Made by a program: the position numbers and the translations under genes. Under the pieces are notes generated by a model. That model was not told where the DNA came from and searched no databases. It saw only the letters and a program-made list of their open reading frames with translations. A stretch of 57,401 nucleotides of DNA, filler included, from Dugesia japonica (taxonomy: Eukaryota): NCBI GenBank assembly GCA_001938525.1. It is 4 parts of 4 records of this genome, joined end to end, with 100 filler letters (N's around TTAATTAATTAA, not from the genome) between each part and the next. Parts side by side here need not be neighbours in the genome. Positions count along the whole stretch, not along the records: positions 23,435 to 38,599 come from MQRL01648563.1; positions 38,700 to 57,401 come from MQRL01602301.1; 2 more parts are not named here. One strand, 5' to 3'. How positions within the stretch are numbered: the stretch's first letter is position 1; every line of letters begins with the position of its first letter. Below, in pieces: positions 37,992-49,499 of the stretch.

Positions 37992-38599
37992 CCTGACCAC
38001 ACGTCTAAAGTTGGAAACTTGATGATGAGGCCGTGTTCGACTTCACGAACGACGCGCCCGCTCAGTGTTTAGATCCTGATGCATTTGATGTTTTGTGAAT
38101 AAATATTCTTTGTGCATTACTTGTCTCCGTCGTAATAATCATGAAGTTAGGAGAATTGTGAACCGGAAACAAAGGGGTGCGAGCATGTACTCCAAATATG
38201 CATTGGGAATTAACGGCTCTATTCCAAAGACTTGACTAGGGACGATAGGTCCACTGAGGGCTGATTTTTCCCCAGCCATGATTTTTCTAACACTCACTGA
38301 GATGGAACCCCAACAATAATAATAACATATTATTAAAGTTCAAATTTTATATTTTTAAAGTTCAAATTTTATTCTTTTAAAGTTCAAAATATTACCTGAA
38401 CTTTATAACTAATTAATCACAAATATGTCATTATTGGATTTTCATTATGAACAAATAATTTTATTATTGGCAAAGTTCAACATTTGAACTTTGTTAATAT
38501 TTAAAGTAATTTATTTATCATTATTCTTATCATTATTATTAAACTTAATTTTAAGAATGACCAATTATGAATTATTTTATTATTTCATACATAATTTTT

Positions 38600-38699
38600 N
38601 NNNNNNNNNNNNNNNNNNNNNNNNNNNNNNNNNNNNNNNNNNNTTAATTAATTAANNNNNNNNNNNNNNNNNNNNNNNNNNNNNNNNNNNNNNNNNNNN
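38600..38699. other. Artificial scaffold linker
   Basis: N44-TTAATTAATTAA-N44. Confidence 0.95.
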
Positions 38700-39049
38700 T
38701 CTTAATATGAATTTGAAAGAAAATTTTAAATGTATGTCTTAAATAAATTAATTTTAATATAAAAAAATTCTTTTTTTAATTGATTTTAAAAGGTTTTGTT
38801 TAAAATATTGCCGTTTGAGTATCACATAAATAAAATTCTAATTATATATATAGTAAATAATTTTTAAAAAAACACAAAAAAACACAAAATAAATTTTCAA
38901 AATTTAAAATATATAAAATTTATACATAAAAACAACACAAAAATTGAAAAATTTTAAATATATTATAATATAATAATTGTAAAAAAAAATTAAAAATTTC
39001 TTAACATATAAAAATTAATATCGAATAAAATATTTAAAAAAGTTAATTT

Positions 39050-39310
39050 AAAAATAAAAATTTTAATTCATAATTAAATAAACCAATACAATGTCGATAA
39101 AACCTAAAGAATTGAGTAACAAAGATCTATTGCATTGAATATATCAAAAAGCCAACATGTTCCTGAAGAAGACTATTGTCGAAAATTTGAACATTTTTAC
39201 AAATACATTTTATTTTGATCGAAGCTTTTTCTTTATTTTAATGAAATCTCAAATGTGATCAATGGTTAAGTCTATAAATTATTCTCACAATAATTGTAAT
39301 TATAAAATAA
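39050..39310 (+). repeat. Dispersed copy of the hammerhead-bearing repeat
   Basis: Aligns to 24480-24670 and 24870-25020. Confidence 0.75.
39157..39194 (+). ncRNA. Minimal type-I hammerhead ribozyme
   Basis: Stem I ATGTTC/GAACAT, core CTGAAGA, extra A, stem II GAC-TATT-GTC, GAAA, palindromic AATT stem III. Predicted cleavage after 39188. Confidence 0.75.
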
Positions 39311-39469
39311 ATAAGTTGTTTGAATATTCAGAGTGCTTGGCAGAAGATCAAAAAATCAAAGAAAAGCAGATAATTATTAAAAGCCGGAATTTATTAACTT
39401 TTTGTGAAATAAATATTTTATATGATAACGGACTCTTTACTGAATGAGCACGTTTGCTCTGATTCTAAT

Positions 39470-40253
39470 ATGGTGACAACGATTAATACCGTCTTATGTC
39501 TGATATCTAAAGAAGACACGATGACATAGAAAATTTTATATGCAAGTGTGAAATGTATTTCGGCTTCAAAGGAATTAACAATATAAAAGATCAATAGCGG
39601 TTGAAAAGGTGTTTGATAGAAGAGGAATTAGTTGGGAAGTATTTTGAAACATTGAAAAAAACAGAAGAATTCCAAAATCGAATTTGCCTAGCAATTGGAA
39701 AGCAAAGAAGCATGATATGTAGTTTCAAAGAATTATAGATTTCAAATGAAATCATGAATATGTGGAAATATATATTGCCAAAGTGGAAGAACTGGTAAAT
39801 AACTTATTTTCAAATAAAACTTTTACACAGGAAAACATGGTGGCAAAGATGCTGATTCACTCTTTNNNNNNNNNNNNNNNNNNNNNNNNNNNNNNNNNNN
39901 NNNNNNNNNNNNNNNGATGACATAGAAAATTTTATATGCAAGTGTGAAATGTATTTCGGCTTCAAAGGAATTAACAATATAAAAGATCAGTAGCGGTTGA
40001 AAAGGTGTTTGATAGAAGAGGAATTAGTTGGGAAGTATGTTGAAACATTGAAAAAAACAGAAGAATTCCAAAATCGACTTTGTCTAGCAATTGGAAAGCA
40101 AAGAAGCATGATATGTAGTTTCAAAGAATTATAGATTTCAAATGAAATCATGAAGATGTGGAAACATATATTGCCAAAGTAGAAGACCTGGTAAATAACT
40201 TATTTTCAAATAAAACTTTTACACAGGAAAACATGGTGGCAAAGATGCTGATT
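39470..40253 (+). mobile_element. Gypsy PBS plus gag N-terminal remnant, duplicated across a gap
   Basis: TGGTGACAAC at ~39471, then DDIENFICKCEMYF. 39520-39866 is nearly identical to 39916-40253. Confidence 0.5.
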
Positions 40254-41533
40254 NNNNNNNNNNNNNNNNNNNNNNNNNNNTCTGTTTCTAATAAATCCAT
40301 TCATTTTTTGTTAATCAATTTGTAGAATTTAACATAGGTAAAGAATTTTTAGGCCCAATTCTAATATATATTGTTTATTGTATTCGTGTATTTTTATTGC
40401 ATGAGTAAGTCATTTTAAATTATTTTAAAGTAGCATTATCGTTTCTAGAACTAAGATGTTTTCATAGGTGAAACAGCTTCTAAAGTATTTTCGAGGTTAT
40501 TGTTAAGAATTTATGAAATTATTCACATTTATTTAATTAGAATGGGATTTATGAATTTTTTGTTGATGTATTTAATAATTAAAAGCTGTTCAGACATTTG
40601 ACAAAAAGTTAAAATTTTTATTTATTTTAAATTTAATCTTACAAAACAGCTTAATTATTTTATATGGCTTTGTGTTGTTAAATCGTTGCAATATTCTATT
40701 TNNNNNNNNNNNNNNNNNNNNNNNNNNNNNNNNNNNNNNNNNNNNNNNNNNNNNNNNNNNNNNNNNNNNNNNNNNNNNNNNNNNNNNNNNNNNNNNCTAA
40801 CCAACTCAAATTCCTGATTCGATTTATAATAAGAGGGTGTAGTCCATATTTCATTGCTAACAGTTGCGATATAACAAAAATTGATCAATGTGATCTTCCT
40901 AAAAAATTCAAAGAGAATCTACAAGCAAAAATAGACGATAGAAAGCTCGTTCTATTAGATAGTGTTAAGAAACTATATGGAGAAGACAAAATAATGCCTA
41001 CCGGGTTTAACGGTAAAATGAAAAGTTGCAATTATAATGCATGCAATAAGCTTAATTTATATAAAAATGGGATGGAAAATTTCGAAACATGAATTTTAAT
41101 TGCTTATCAATAAAACTTGTCTTATTTAAGATTTTTTTTTCTAATTTAGTATGTAAATGTTTTAGTAGAGTTTTAAGTTTTTAATGACGTTCAGTTTGTA
41201 ACAAACATTCACTAATAGGTTGCTGTCATAGGTGAAGATGGGTTTTTAACATTTTGATTTGTGGAAATCTTGTGTATGCATATGTGTGTTGATTATGTAA
41301 TGGTGACACTATGTTTGTGTGATTATAATGTAATGATTATGTAACAGTAATTATTGTATCAATTGACGAATGTTTTTTGTTTAAATGAGATGAAATTAAT
41401 TATTTTTTGTTTAAATTANNNNNNNNNNNNNNNNNNNNNAAACTAAATTTCTCTCGAGAAATTTTAACATTATCTACTCCTATGCTGACATTAATAATAA
41501 AATTTTACATTAAGTTTTTGTTTAAATTAGATT

Positions 41534-44500
41534 TTATATAAATGTCGATATTAAATAATAAAATGATTAACAAGTTTCATAAAATAGCAATATTAAAAAT
41601 ATCGGAATCATTTTAATATTTTGAATATTCGATCATTTGAATTTCGATATATTTAAATATTATTATAATTTAAATATATCACATTCCTCCTTTTGCTTTA
41701 TCGGTATTGAGGATTTGGACTCCTTCTAATTCTTTCTGGATAACGTTTTTATAATTATTTATAATAAATATAAAATATCCTAACAAGCCATTTATCATCA
41801 GTTTTAATTTCACCTCTCCATCGATATTTATTATATTTAGCTGCTGTAACTTCATTATTCACTTCTTCTTTTTTTTACATTGACATAAATATTCATAATA
41901 TTTATTTTTAATTGTTCTACCTATTTATCAGAATTCNNNNNNNNNNNNNNNNNNNNNNNNNNNNNNNNNNNNNNNNNNNNNNNNNNNNNNCCCCCCAAAT
42001 ACTATTTCAATCGTTTCATGTGGGTAATGTGGAGAGGAAACTGTTTTCACGATTCTGAATTGCTTGCAATATTTCTGAAATGTATTTGAACTAAAATGTC
42101 TACCCCAATACGAGTGAATTCGACTAAATATTCCAAACTTGGATATCTAATATGTTTAAAAAGCTTTACATATTTCTTCAGTTGTTATTGTTCGCAATTG
42201 AATTAAACATATAAACTTTGAAAAATAATCCACATTTCCAGGAATATATTTATAATCATATTGCGTTGATTTAAATAGTCCTGTAATATCTATTGAAATA
42301 TTTTGAAATTGTTCTTTTCTGATATATTCTGTAATTATGCTTTAATTCTTCCGTTGATATATTTATGTACATTACACTGTTTACAATTTGATAGTTGTTT
42401 TCTTATGTTTTTGTCTATACATGACCAATAATACTCATTTTTGATAACTCCTGTTGTTTTCTCTACTCCCGAATGCCCCAATAACTTACGATATTTCCAA
42501 ATGACAACTTCTCGTTTATGTCTTTACACAATAAGAAGATATTTTTCATCCTTTTCTAAATATGACAAATCACCTCGTATTCGCAGTTCTTTCTTTTTCT
42601 TTCAATACGATTGTATTTCCTTATTTATCTTTACGTCATGAAGTGTTTTCTCGTCTATTTTTAGAGCCTATAGTATTATTTGTATATTTAAATCTTTTAT
42701 TTGTTTTCATTTGTCTTTCTAGTATATTTTATTTACAACTTTTTTCTGAGCGTATACTTTGTTCCTCATCTTTGTCTGTTGTTTTGAATATTTTAACGTT
42801 TCTTTTTCTTTTGGGATCTTGGTGTTTTACTAAACACTGCTCGCAATCTGTTAATCGTGAAAGTGCGTCAGCATTAATATGTTCATGACCCTTTCTAAAT
42901 TCTACGATCATATCAAAGATTTCCAATTCAGTTTTCAATATGCAGTATTGTAACGTATTTAGGCTATCCCAATTAAGCATCCATTTTAATGCTTGATGAT
43001 CTGTTCGTACTACAAATTGTGATCCCATTAAATAGTGCTTAAACATAAGGACATACACATATATTGTCAGAAGCTCTTTTCTTGTGATGCAGTTTTGTCT
43101 CTGACTTTTTGTTAGTGTCATCAATGCATAGTATAATACTCGTTCTTCGCCATCTTGTACTTGAGACAGTACAGCGTCAATTGCGTTTTGAGAAGCATAT
43201 GTATTCAAGATATATTTTCCATCATTTGTTGGCAAAGCTAGTACTGGTGGTTCTGCCAACCTTTAACTTAGCTGGTAAAAATATTCTTTATTTTCATCTG
43301 TCCACTGAAATTTGTTTTCTTTATTTAGCATCAAACTAAGAGCTTCTGATAAATTTGCATGTTTTTTATGGATTGCCTATAATAATTATAAAAACACTAA
43401 AAATGTTTGAAGTTCTTTTTGACATTGAGGAATCTCCCATTTTTGAATTTCCATTATCTTATCAGAATCTGTTGCGATTCAATTTTTAGTTATTATATGT
43501 CCGAGATATTGTATTTTTTACTGTAAAAATTTAATTTTATTTGGCACTAATTTAAGTCCACCTTCTCTTATTCTGTTTAATATTTGATCCAGTCTTTCAT
43601 TGTGCTCATCTACCGTTTTGCCGAATATTAAAACATTGTTTAAATATATTATGCACGTTTTTCAACTTTCATTTTGCAATACAAAATCCCTAAGCCACTG
43701 AAATGTAGCTGGTGCTGAGCATAATTCAAACAGCATTCTGGTAAATTTGTTGTGGTCAAACTTTGTGCTGAATGCTGTTTTTTCCTGATATTTTTTAACT
43801 ATCGGCACTTAGGGATATCCACTCAAAAGGTCTTGAGTTGAAAACGAGTTTGCTCTAGCAATACTTTCAAATATTTATGATAGTATTGGGAATATTGATC
43901 AGTTTGTTTTAGCATTCAGTGCTCTGTAGTCAACACACATACGGTTATCACAGTTTTTCCTTTTCAGCAAAACAATTGGAAGGTTTCATGGAGAAGTACT
44001 TGATTTTACAATATCAACATCTACCAAATTTTTTAACATATATTCTACTTTTTCTTCCAGTCCTTTTGGTATTCTTCGTGGCTTGAAAGCAATTCGTCTG
44101 CTATCGGATATTTTTATTTTATGTTCACTCATATCAGTTTTGCCCACATCCATATTATATCGACTAAATACATCTTTATTCCTTTCAAGGATCGCTAATG
44201 TTTTGATCACATCTTAGTAATTTTTGCAACTTCCATATCATTCTTAATTTTCTGCAGTATATTGTCTGTAATTTCTATATATCTTTTTTGTTTCTCAGAG
44301 AACAATTGTCAGAGTAATACCTCTTCAAACACTTCTTCATTTTTATTTAAATCTTCTGCATATTTGAGTGTAATTCCAGTTTGTAGAGTCTTACATCCTT
44401 CTTCTAACATATATAAATTTACCTACTTGTATCCATTACTATCGATTGTAATTCTATCTGTTACTAAATGTTTCTTTATTCTTATTCATTCCATTATCAT

Positions 44501-46351
44501 TCCTCTAATAAAATATGCACCAATTTCACTTAAATATACGTTTTAAGATACTGCAATTCTATAACATTGATTATCATTATAAATATTATGAGTCTCTGCT
44601 TTTCTGAATCCCATATTACAACTAATTAACACAATCAATGTTAGTTTTATTGACTTAGGTAGAACTGTTTTTGGTAAAAAAAGAATCTTAACATTCTGTG
44701 TTATTTTTCCATCATTAGCTGCATGCGCCATTATTTCGTATTTCTTCCCGCTATTTAATCCAATACACAGATGTAGAAATATATTTGGCATAATATCAAA
44801 CAAGAGTGCTGTCATTTCAGGTCCAGTTGACCTATTTAATTGTAACTACCCCAAACATTCTTCTGTTGTACCATTGGCGCATGTTACTTTTGTCAAAGGT
44901 TTTAACATTCTTACAGCAGAGTTCTTTTTACAGATACGCTTGTTTAATTCCTGGCTTATAACATTCAAATCAGCGCCAGTGTCAAACATAGTTTTCACTG
45001 GTATCCCTGCAACTTGGCATAGAACAATTAGTTTATTTCTTGCTTTTACAGAGATTGACACTAATATTAGTGTTGGCTCATATTAATTAAGTGTTTGTCT
45101 TGGCCGTGCTCTATTTTCTTCGTTAAAGTTTATATACTTATTTCCGAGTGACGGTTTAAACGTTTTAATTAATTCAGTAGATGTTTATATGTCCCAAAGT
45201 TGGTTTATTTTTACTTATCGTATTCCCTTGATCGCTATAATCTTCTTTTACTGGTTACTCATTGATTACTGGTTCTGTTTACTTTTTTTCTTCATGATAG
45301 TATCTTAAATTGCTTATTTTTTTACAGTTTCTTATAAGATGGTTGCCCTCACACCTGAAACATTTTTTGAGATTGCAGTCTCTAGCTATATGGCTTTTTT
45401 TACCACATGTAAAATATTTTCTTGTTTTTTATCTACCCACGGTTATCCATTATTGTGTTTTTTCAGAACTTTGTGCATTATTATTCCTATTTTTATTAAA
45501 CAATTTTGTGTGCACAAGATTTGCAACTGAGTCTCCTTAGTTCAGCAATTTCATTCTTTAGCTTTTTTATTTCAATTCTTTATAGTTTTATTCTCTTGGC
45601 GTAAATTAAATAATATATTTTCATTCGTTTCGTAGTAATCTGTCATCTTTTCATCTTTTATACTTTCTACTGTCTTTTCCAATGATTTCGGTTCGAATAT
45701 TTTTAGTGCATTTGCAAATTTTCTATTTCCTAAGCCATTAATAAATGCTTTTATCATGATTTCCTCTTTTTTCAGATAAAACGCTGCTCTTCAAACGAAT
45801 GCGCATAGCAAAATTTGTTATTTTTTCTCCTCAATACTGCATTAATTCAAGTATCGGTATTGCTTAGTTAATGTTTGATGTTTTAACATCCGGTAAATTG
45901 ATAAAACGTTTTTCTAAAAAATCGATATCTACTTTNNNNNNNNNNNNNNNNNNNNNNNNNNNNNNNNNNNNNNNNNNNNNNNNNNNNAAAATATTTACTA
46001 CATATAGTAATTCTCTCTTCTACGGTAATGCTACAAGCATCAAATATATTTATAAATTCTTTGATGTTTTTTAGGTGTTCTTGAGTACTGACTGAGCTTT
46101 TATTATCCTTTCTGAACTTGAACAACTTAGCTTCGTTTCTTATAAATATAAATTTCTGCAAGAAAAGTTTCTGCTCATTTGATGCTATGTTATATAAATG
46201 TAGATACTAAATAATAAGATGATTAACAAATTAAACTTATATTTCATAAAATACCAATATCAAAACAAATAGAATTCTTTTTAATATTTTGAATATTCAA
46301 TAATTTGAATTACGATATATTTAAATATTATTATAATTTAAATATATCACA
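41534..46351 (-). mobile_element. Near full-length decayed Ty3/gypsy retrotransposon
   Basis: LTR pair (~41534-41683 and ~46190-46351, starting TGTGATATA on the minus strand) and PPT 41684-41694. Gag has two zinc knuckles (~45330-45420). Protease FDTGA, RT CVDYRALN, RNase H 42729-43259, integrase ~41950-42520. Confidence 0.92.
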
Positions 46352-47899
46352 TTACACCTAAAAAACGTCAAAGAATTTATAAATTTATTCGATGCTTGTA
46401 GCAATACCGCAAAAGAGAGAATTACTATATTTAGTATATATTTTTAAATTAAAAGTTTTTTCTAAATTTCTTCATAGGAAATCAATGGAAAAGCTTTTTT
46501 GTTTAAATTAACCAAATGTTGAAATTTTTAGATAGTTAAGCTAGGTTTCCTTGAGTGGCTTAAATATTAAATGTTCCAGGGTTCAAACTATGAGATATAT
46601 TTTATGAGAGAGTTTACTGTTTTCAATTCCATGCATATACATCAATAAATTATTAAATTCATCAATAAAGAAAAAGNNNNNNNNNNNNNNNNNNNNNNNN
46701 NNAAAGAACTTTTACAAAAATTATTACTTTTAAAGAAAATCATTACCAAAAATTATTACCATTTAATTAAACATAACCGTTTAATAAAATTATAAATAAA
46801 GTCATATTTATTAAGTAAAATCAATAAATAAGTCATAGTCATTAATAAAATAAATCAATAAAATTAATTTAATCTTGTAAATATATTCATCATATATTAA
46901 ATTAAAACCGTTGAGTTAAATTAGATAATGTTATGTTAAGTTCTAATCATTACAATAAAAATTATAATGATAACTAAATTAACAATCTAAATAAAATTAT
47001 TACAATAAAAATTGTTTTGAAATTATAATCATGTTGATTTAATTATAATTGAACTTATAAGAAAATTATTTATTTTAAAATCAATAAACTATAAAATAAA
47101 TCTTATGAAATCATTAAAATAAAATAAATAACATAAAATTAAATTGTTAAATTATAAAATAATTTTAAAAAAAGTACAAAAGTTACTATTAATTAAATTA
47201 AAATTGCTACAAACATTATTATCATAAAATAAATTATTATTTAAAATCAATAGCAAGAAACAAACTTGTTACTAAAAATTTAACTTATAAAAAATAAAAT
47301 CTTACTTGTTTTCATAAAATCATTTTTCATATAAATTCCATTAGTCATATTATTAATCCATTTGTTATATTTAAAATTTCAACAGATATAATATTCAAAT
47401 TACCAGGCGTNNNNNNNNNNNNNNNNNNNNNNNNNNNNNNNNNNNNNNNNNNNNNNNNNNNNNNNNNNNNNNNNNNNNNNNNNNNNNNNNNNNNNNNNNN
47501 NNNNNNNNNNNNNNNNNNNNNNNNNNNNNNNNNNNNNNNNNNNNNNNNNTAAATAAATTAGGAACTAAAATAAACACTTACTTTTCATTTATAATTTTAA
47601 AACTTTTCATTAACCATGTTATTAGACTTCGAGGTTTTTGATTTTCTTGTATCTCTAACTGTTTATTCTCTAACGCTGATTAATTTCTGAATCTTTTATC
47701 TGGCGGTAGATACCCGAAGTCGGCATAAATTTGATGAACACCTCCTGTGATGAGATCATCTACCACGTAGTTCATGTGAGATTTTGCGGTATCCCGTTTT
47801 TGTAGAAATTTTATGCTCCAATTTAATTAACTTCTTTCACAGTAATTATAAGTCAATACTAAACAGAAGAAATCTTTATTACTATACATTTATTAAACA

Positions 47900-48228
47900 C
47901 AATCAAGGAGACCCGAAAATCGTCTACACAGTGATTATACATTCTTCATTGACATTGCGCTTTACCCCGTACTCATTTCAGAGTGTTTTCACATTTGCGA
48001 GGACTGTGACTTGATCTGCATATGATTTTATAATTTCCACGAACATCTGGTGGTTTACCATTGACTCACACTAAAACGTTCTTGTAAGGTTGACATATTT
48101 TTCTTGGTGGCATTGATCGTCTCTTTAATTTATATCGCGTCTTTTCGTAATTTATTGATTTCAGCTTTATTTGATTGTTGTTCCTTTAACAGTTAAGTGA
48201 GGTCTAGCTTACTAATTACTGATGTCAT
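47900..48228 (-). pseudogene. Coiled-coil cassette ORF, copy 4 (decayed)
   Basis: MTSVISK...MFVEII(K)SYADQ..VLANVKTL*NEY, read across frameshifts, resembles MSTILVNK...LMAEVIKIYADRE.TIFHTLRTLWLNY. AATAAA at 47889-47894. Confidence 0.55.
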
Positions 48229-49499
48229 GCTAAATTTGAATGTTGTAAATTTGAAATTACATTTTTATTGTGGTTCATAATATCGAAGTTTTAATCTCAG
48301 TATTTTATATTATTGTTTTAACAAAATTAATTTTGATTATAGTTTATTACTTGATTAAAGAGACTCAAAATTAGAACTCATGTACTATTAAATATATTTA
48401 CAATATTACACAAGTTCGATTTATACTGATGTCTCTTCCATTTCCTCCAACGATGACGTGAGTATCGGCATCACTCGTTTGATACCCGCATCCAGTCTAC
48501 GACCCGCTTGATTATACATCAATAGTTCCGATTCTATTATGGTTCCGCGCTCCGCGATAGTGGGTGGCTTTTGCTGGTGATTCAAAACAAAATACAACAG
48601 ATCCGCTAGAGCTACATTTTAATTTTCTCAGTCGCGTTCCTATTGTAATAGTTGTTCTTGCAGCTGTGCCACATGATCTCGCTATTTCAATATCTCTTTT
48701 TTCTGGTCTCGTATCTACATCTAGCGTAAGTGGAGTTTATCTGCAGTGATTAATCAGGGATCCCTACCTGTTCCGTACTATGACTATGAGTCGTATAATA
48801 TTGCCATATGATTAAAAGGTCTTGTTGTGAAGGTCCAGCCATATATCGACTTCACAGCATCGTTAAATGTTAATTGATTTGCAATTTGTAAGCTATTTGC
48901 AGGTAAAATTACACTATTCAATCAATTCTATATTAATGCGGTTATTTAAAATTTCTCGTTTTTATTAAATTAAACATTATTCTATAAACTCTACTGAAGC
49001 CAAGAAGTGAGAACCTGTGGTGAATGCTTCATGGCTTATTACATTTGGGGGTTGAAACTTATTTCGGTTTATTTCTTCATTTTCAAATCTTTTATGAATT
49101 TGAGTCGCATTAAAGAACTTCATGTCCGTAAAAAATGTCTTTTTACAAATTTAAATCTTAAAACTTTCATTTTATTTCATAAAATTTAATTTTACGATTG
49201 ATCTGTGTTTTAAANNNNNNNNNNNNNNNNNNNNNNNNNNNNNNNNNNNNNNNNNNNNNNNNNNNNNNNNNNNNNNNNNNNNNNNNNNNNNNNNNNNNNN
49301 NNNNNNNNNNNNNNNNNNNNNNNNNNNNNNNNNNNNNNNNNNNNNNNNNNNNNNNNNNNNNNNNNNNNNNNNNNNNNNNNNNNNNNNNNNNNNNNNNNNN
49401 NNNNNNNNNNNNNNNNNNNNNNNNNNNNNNNNNNNNNNNNNNNNNNNNNNNNNNNNNNNNNNNNNNNNNNNNNNNNNNNNNNNNNNNNNNNNNNNNNNN

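Larger units (their letters stand above)
35000..38290 (+). mobile_element. Cassette-bearing terminal segment, copy 3 (terminus TGTCGGGGTGAAACAC at 35000)
   Basis: Inverted homolog of 28820-32428. The terminus matches the reverse complement of the LTR end at 27919-27933. Confidence 0.65.

Noticed and set aside
39520-40253. ~340-bp near-identical direct repeat as a biological duplication
   Set aside because: The copies flank an N gap and are probably uncollapsed allelic or overlapping contig ends.
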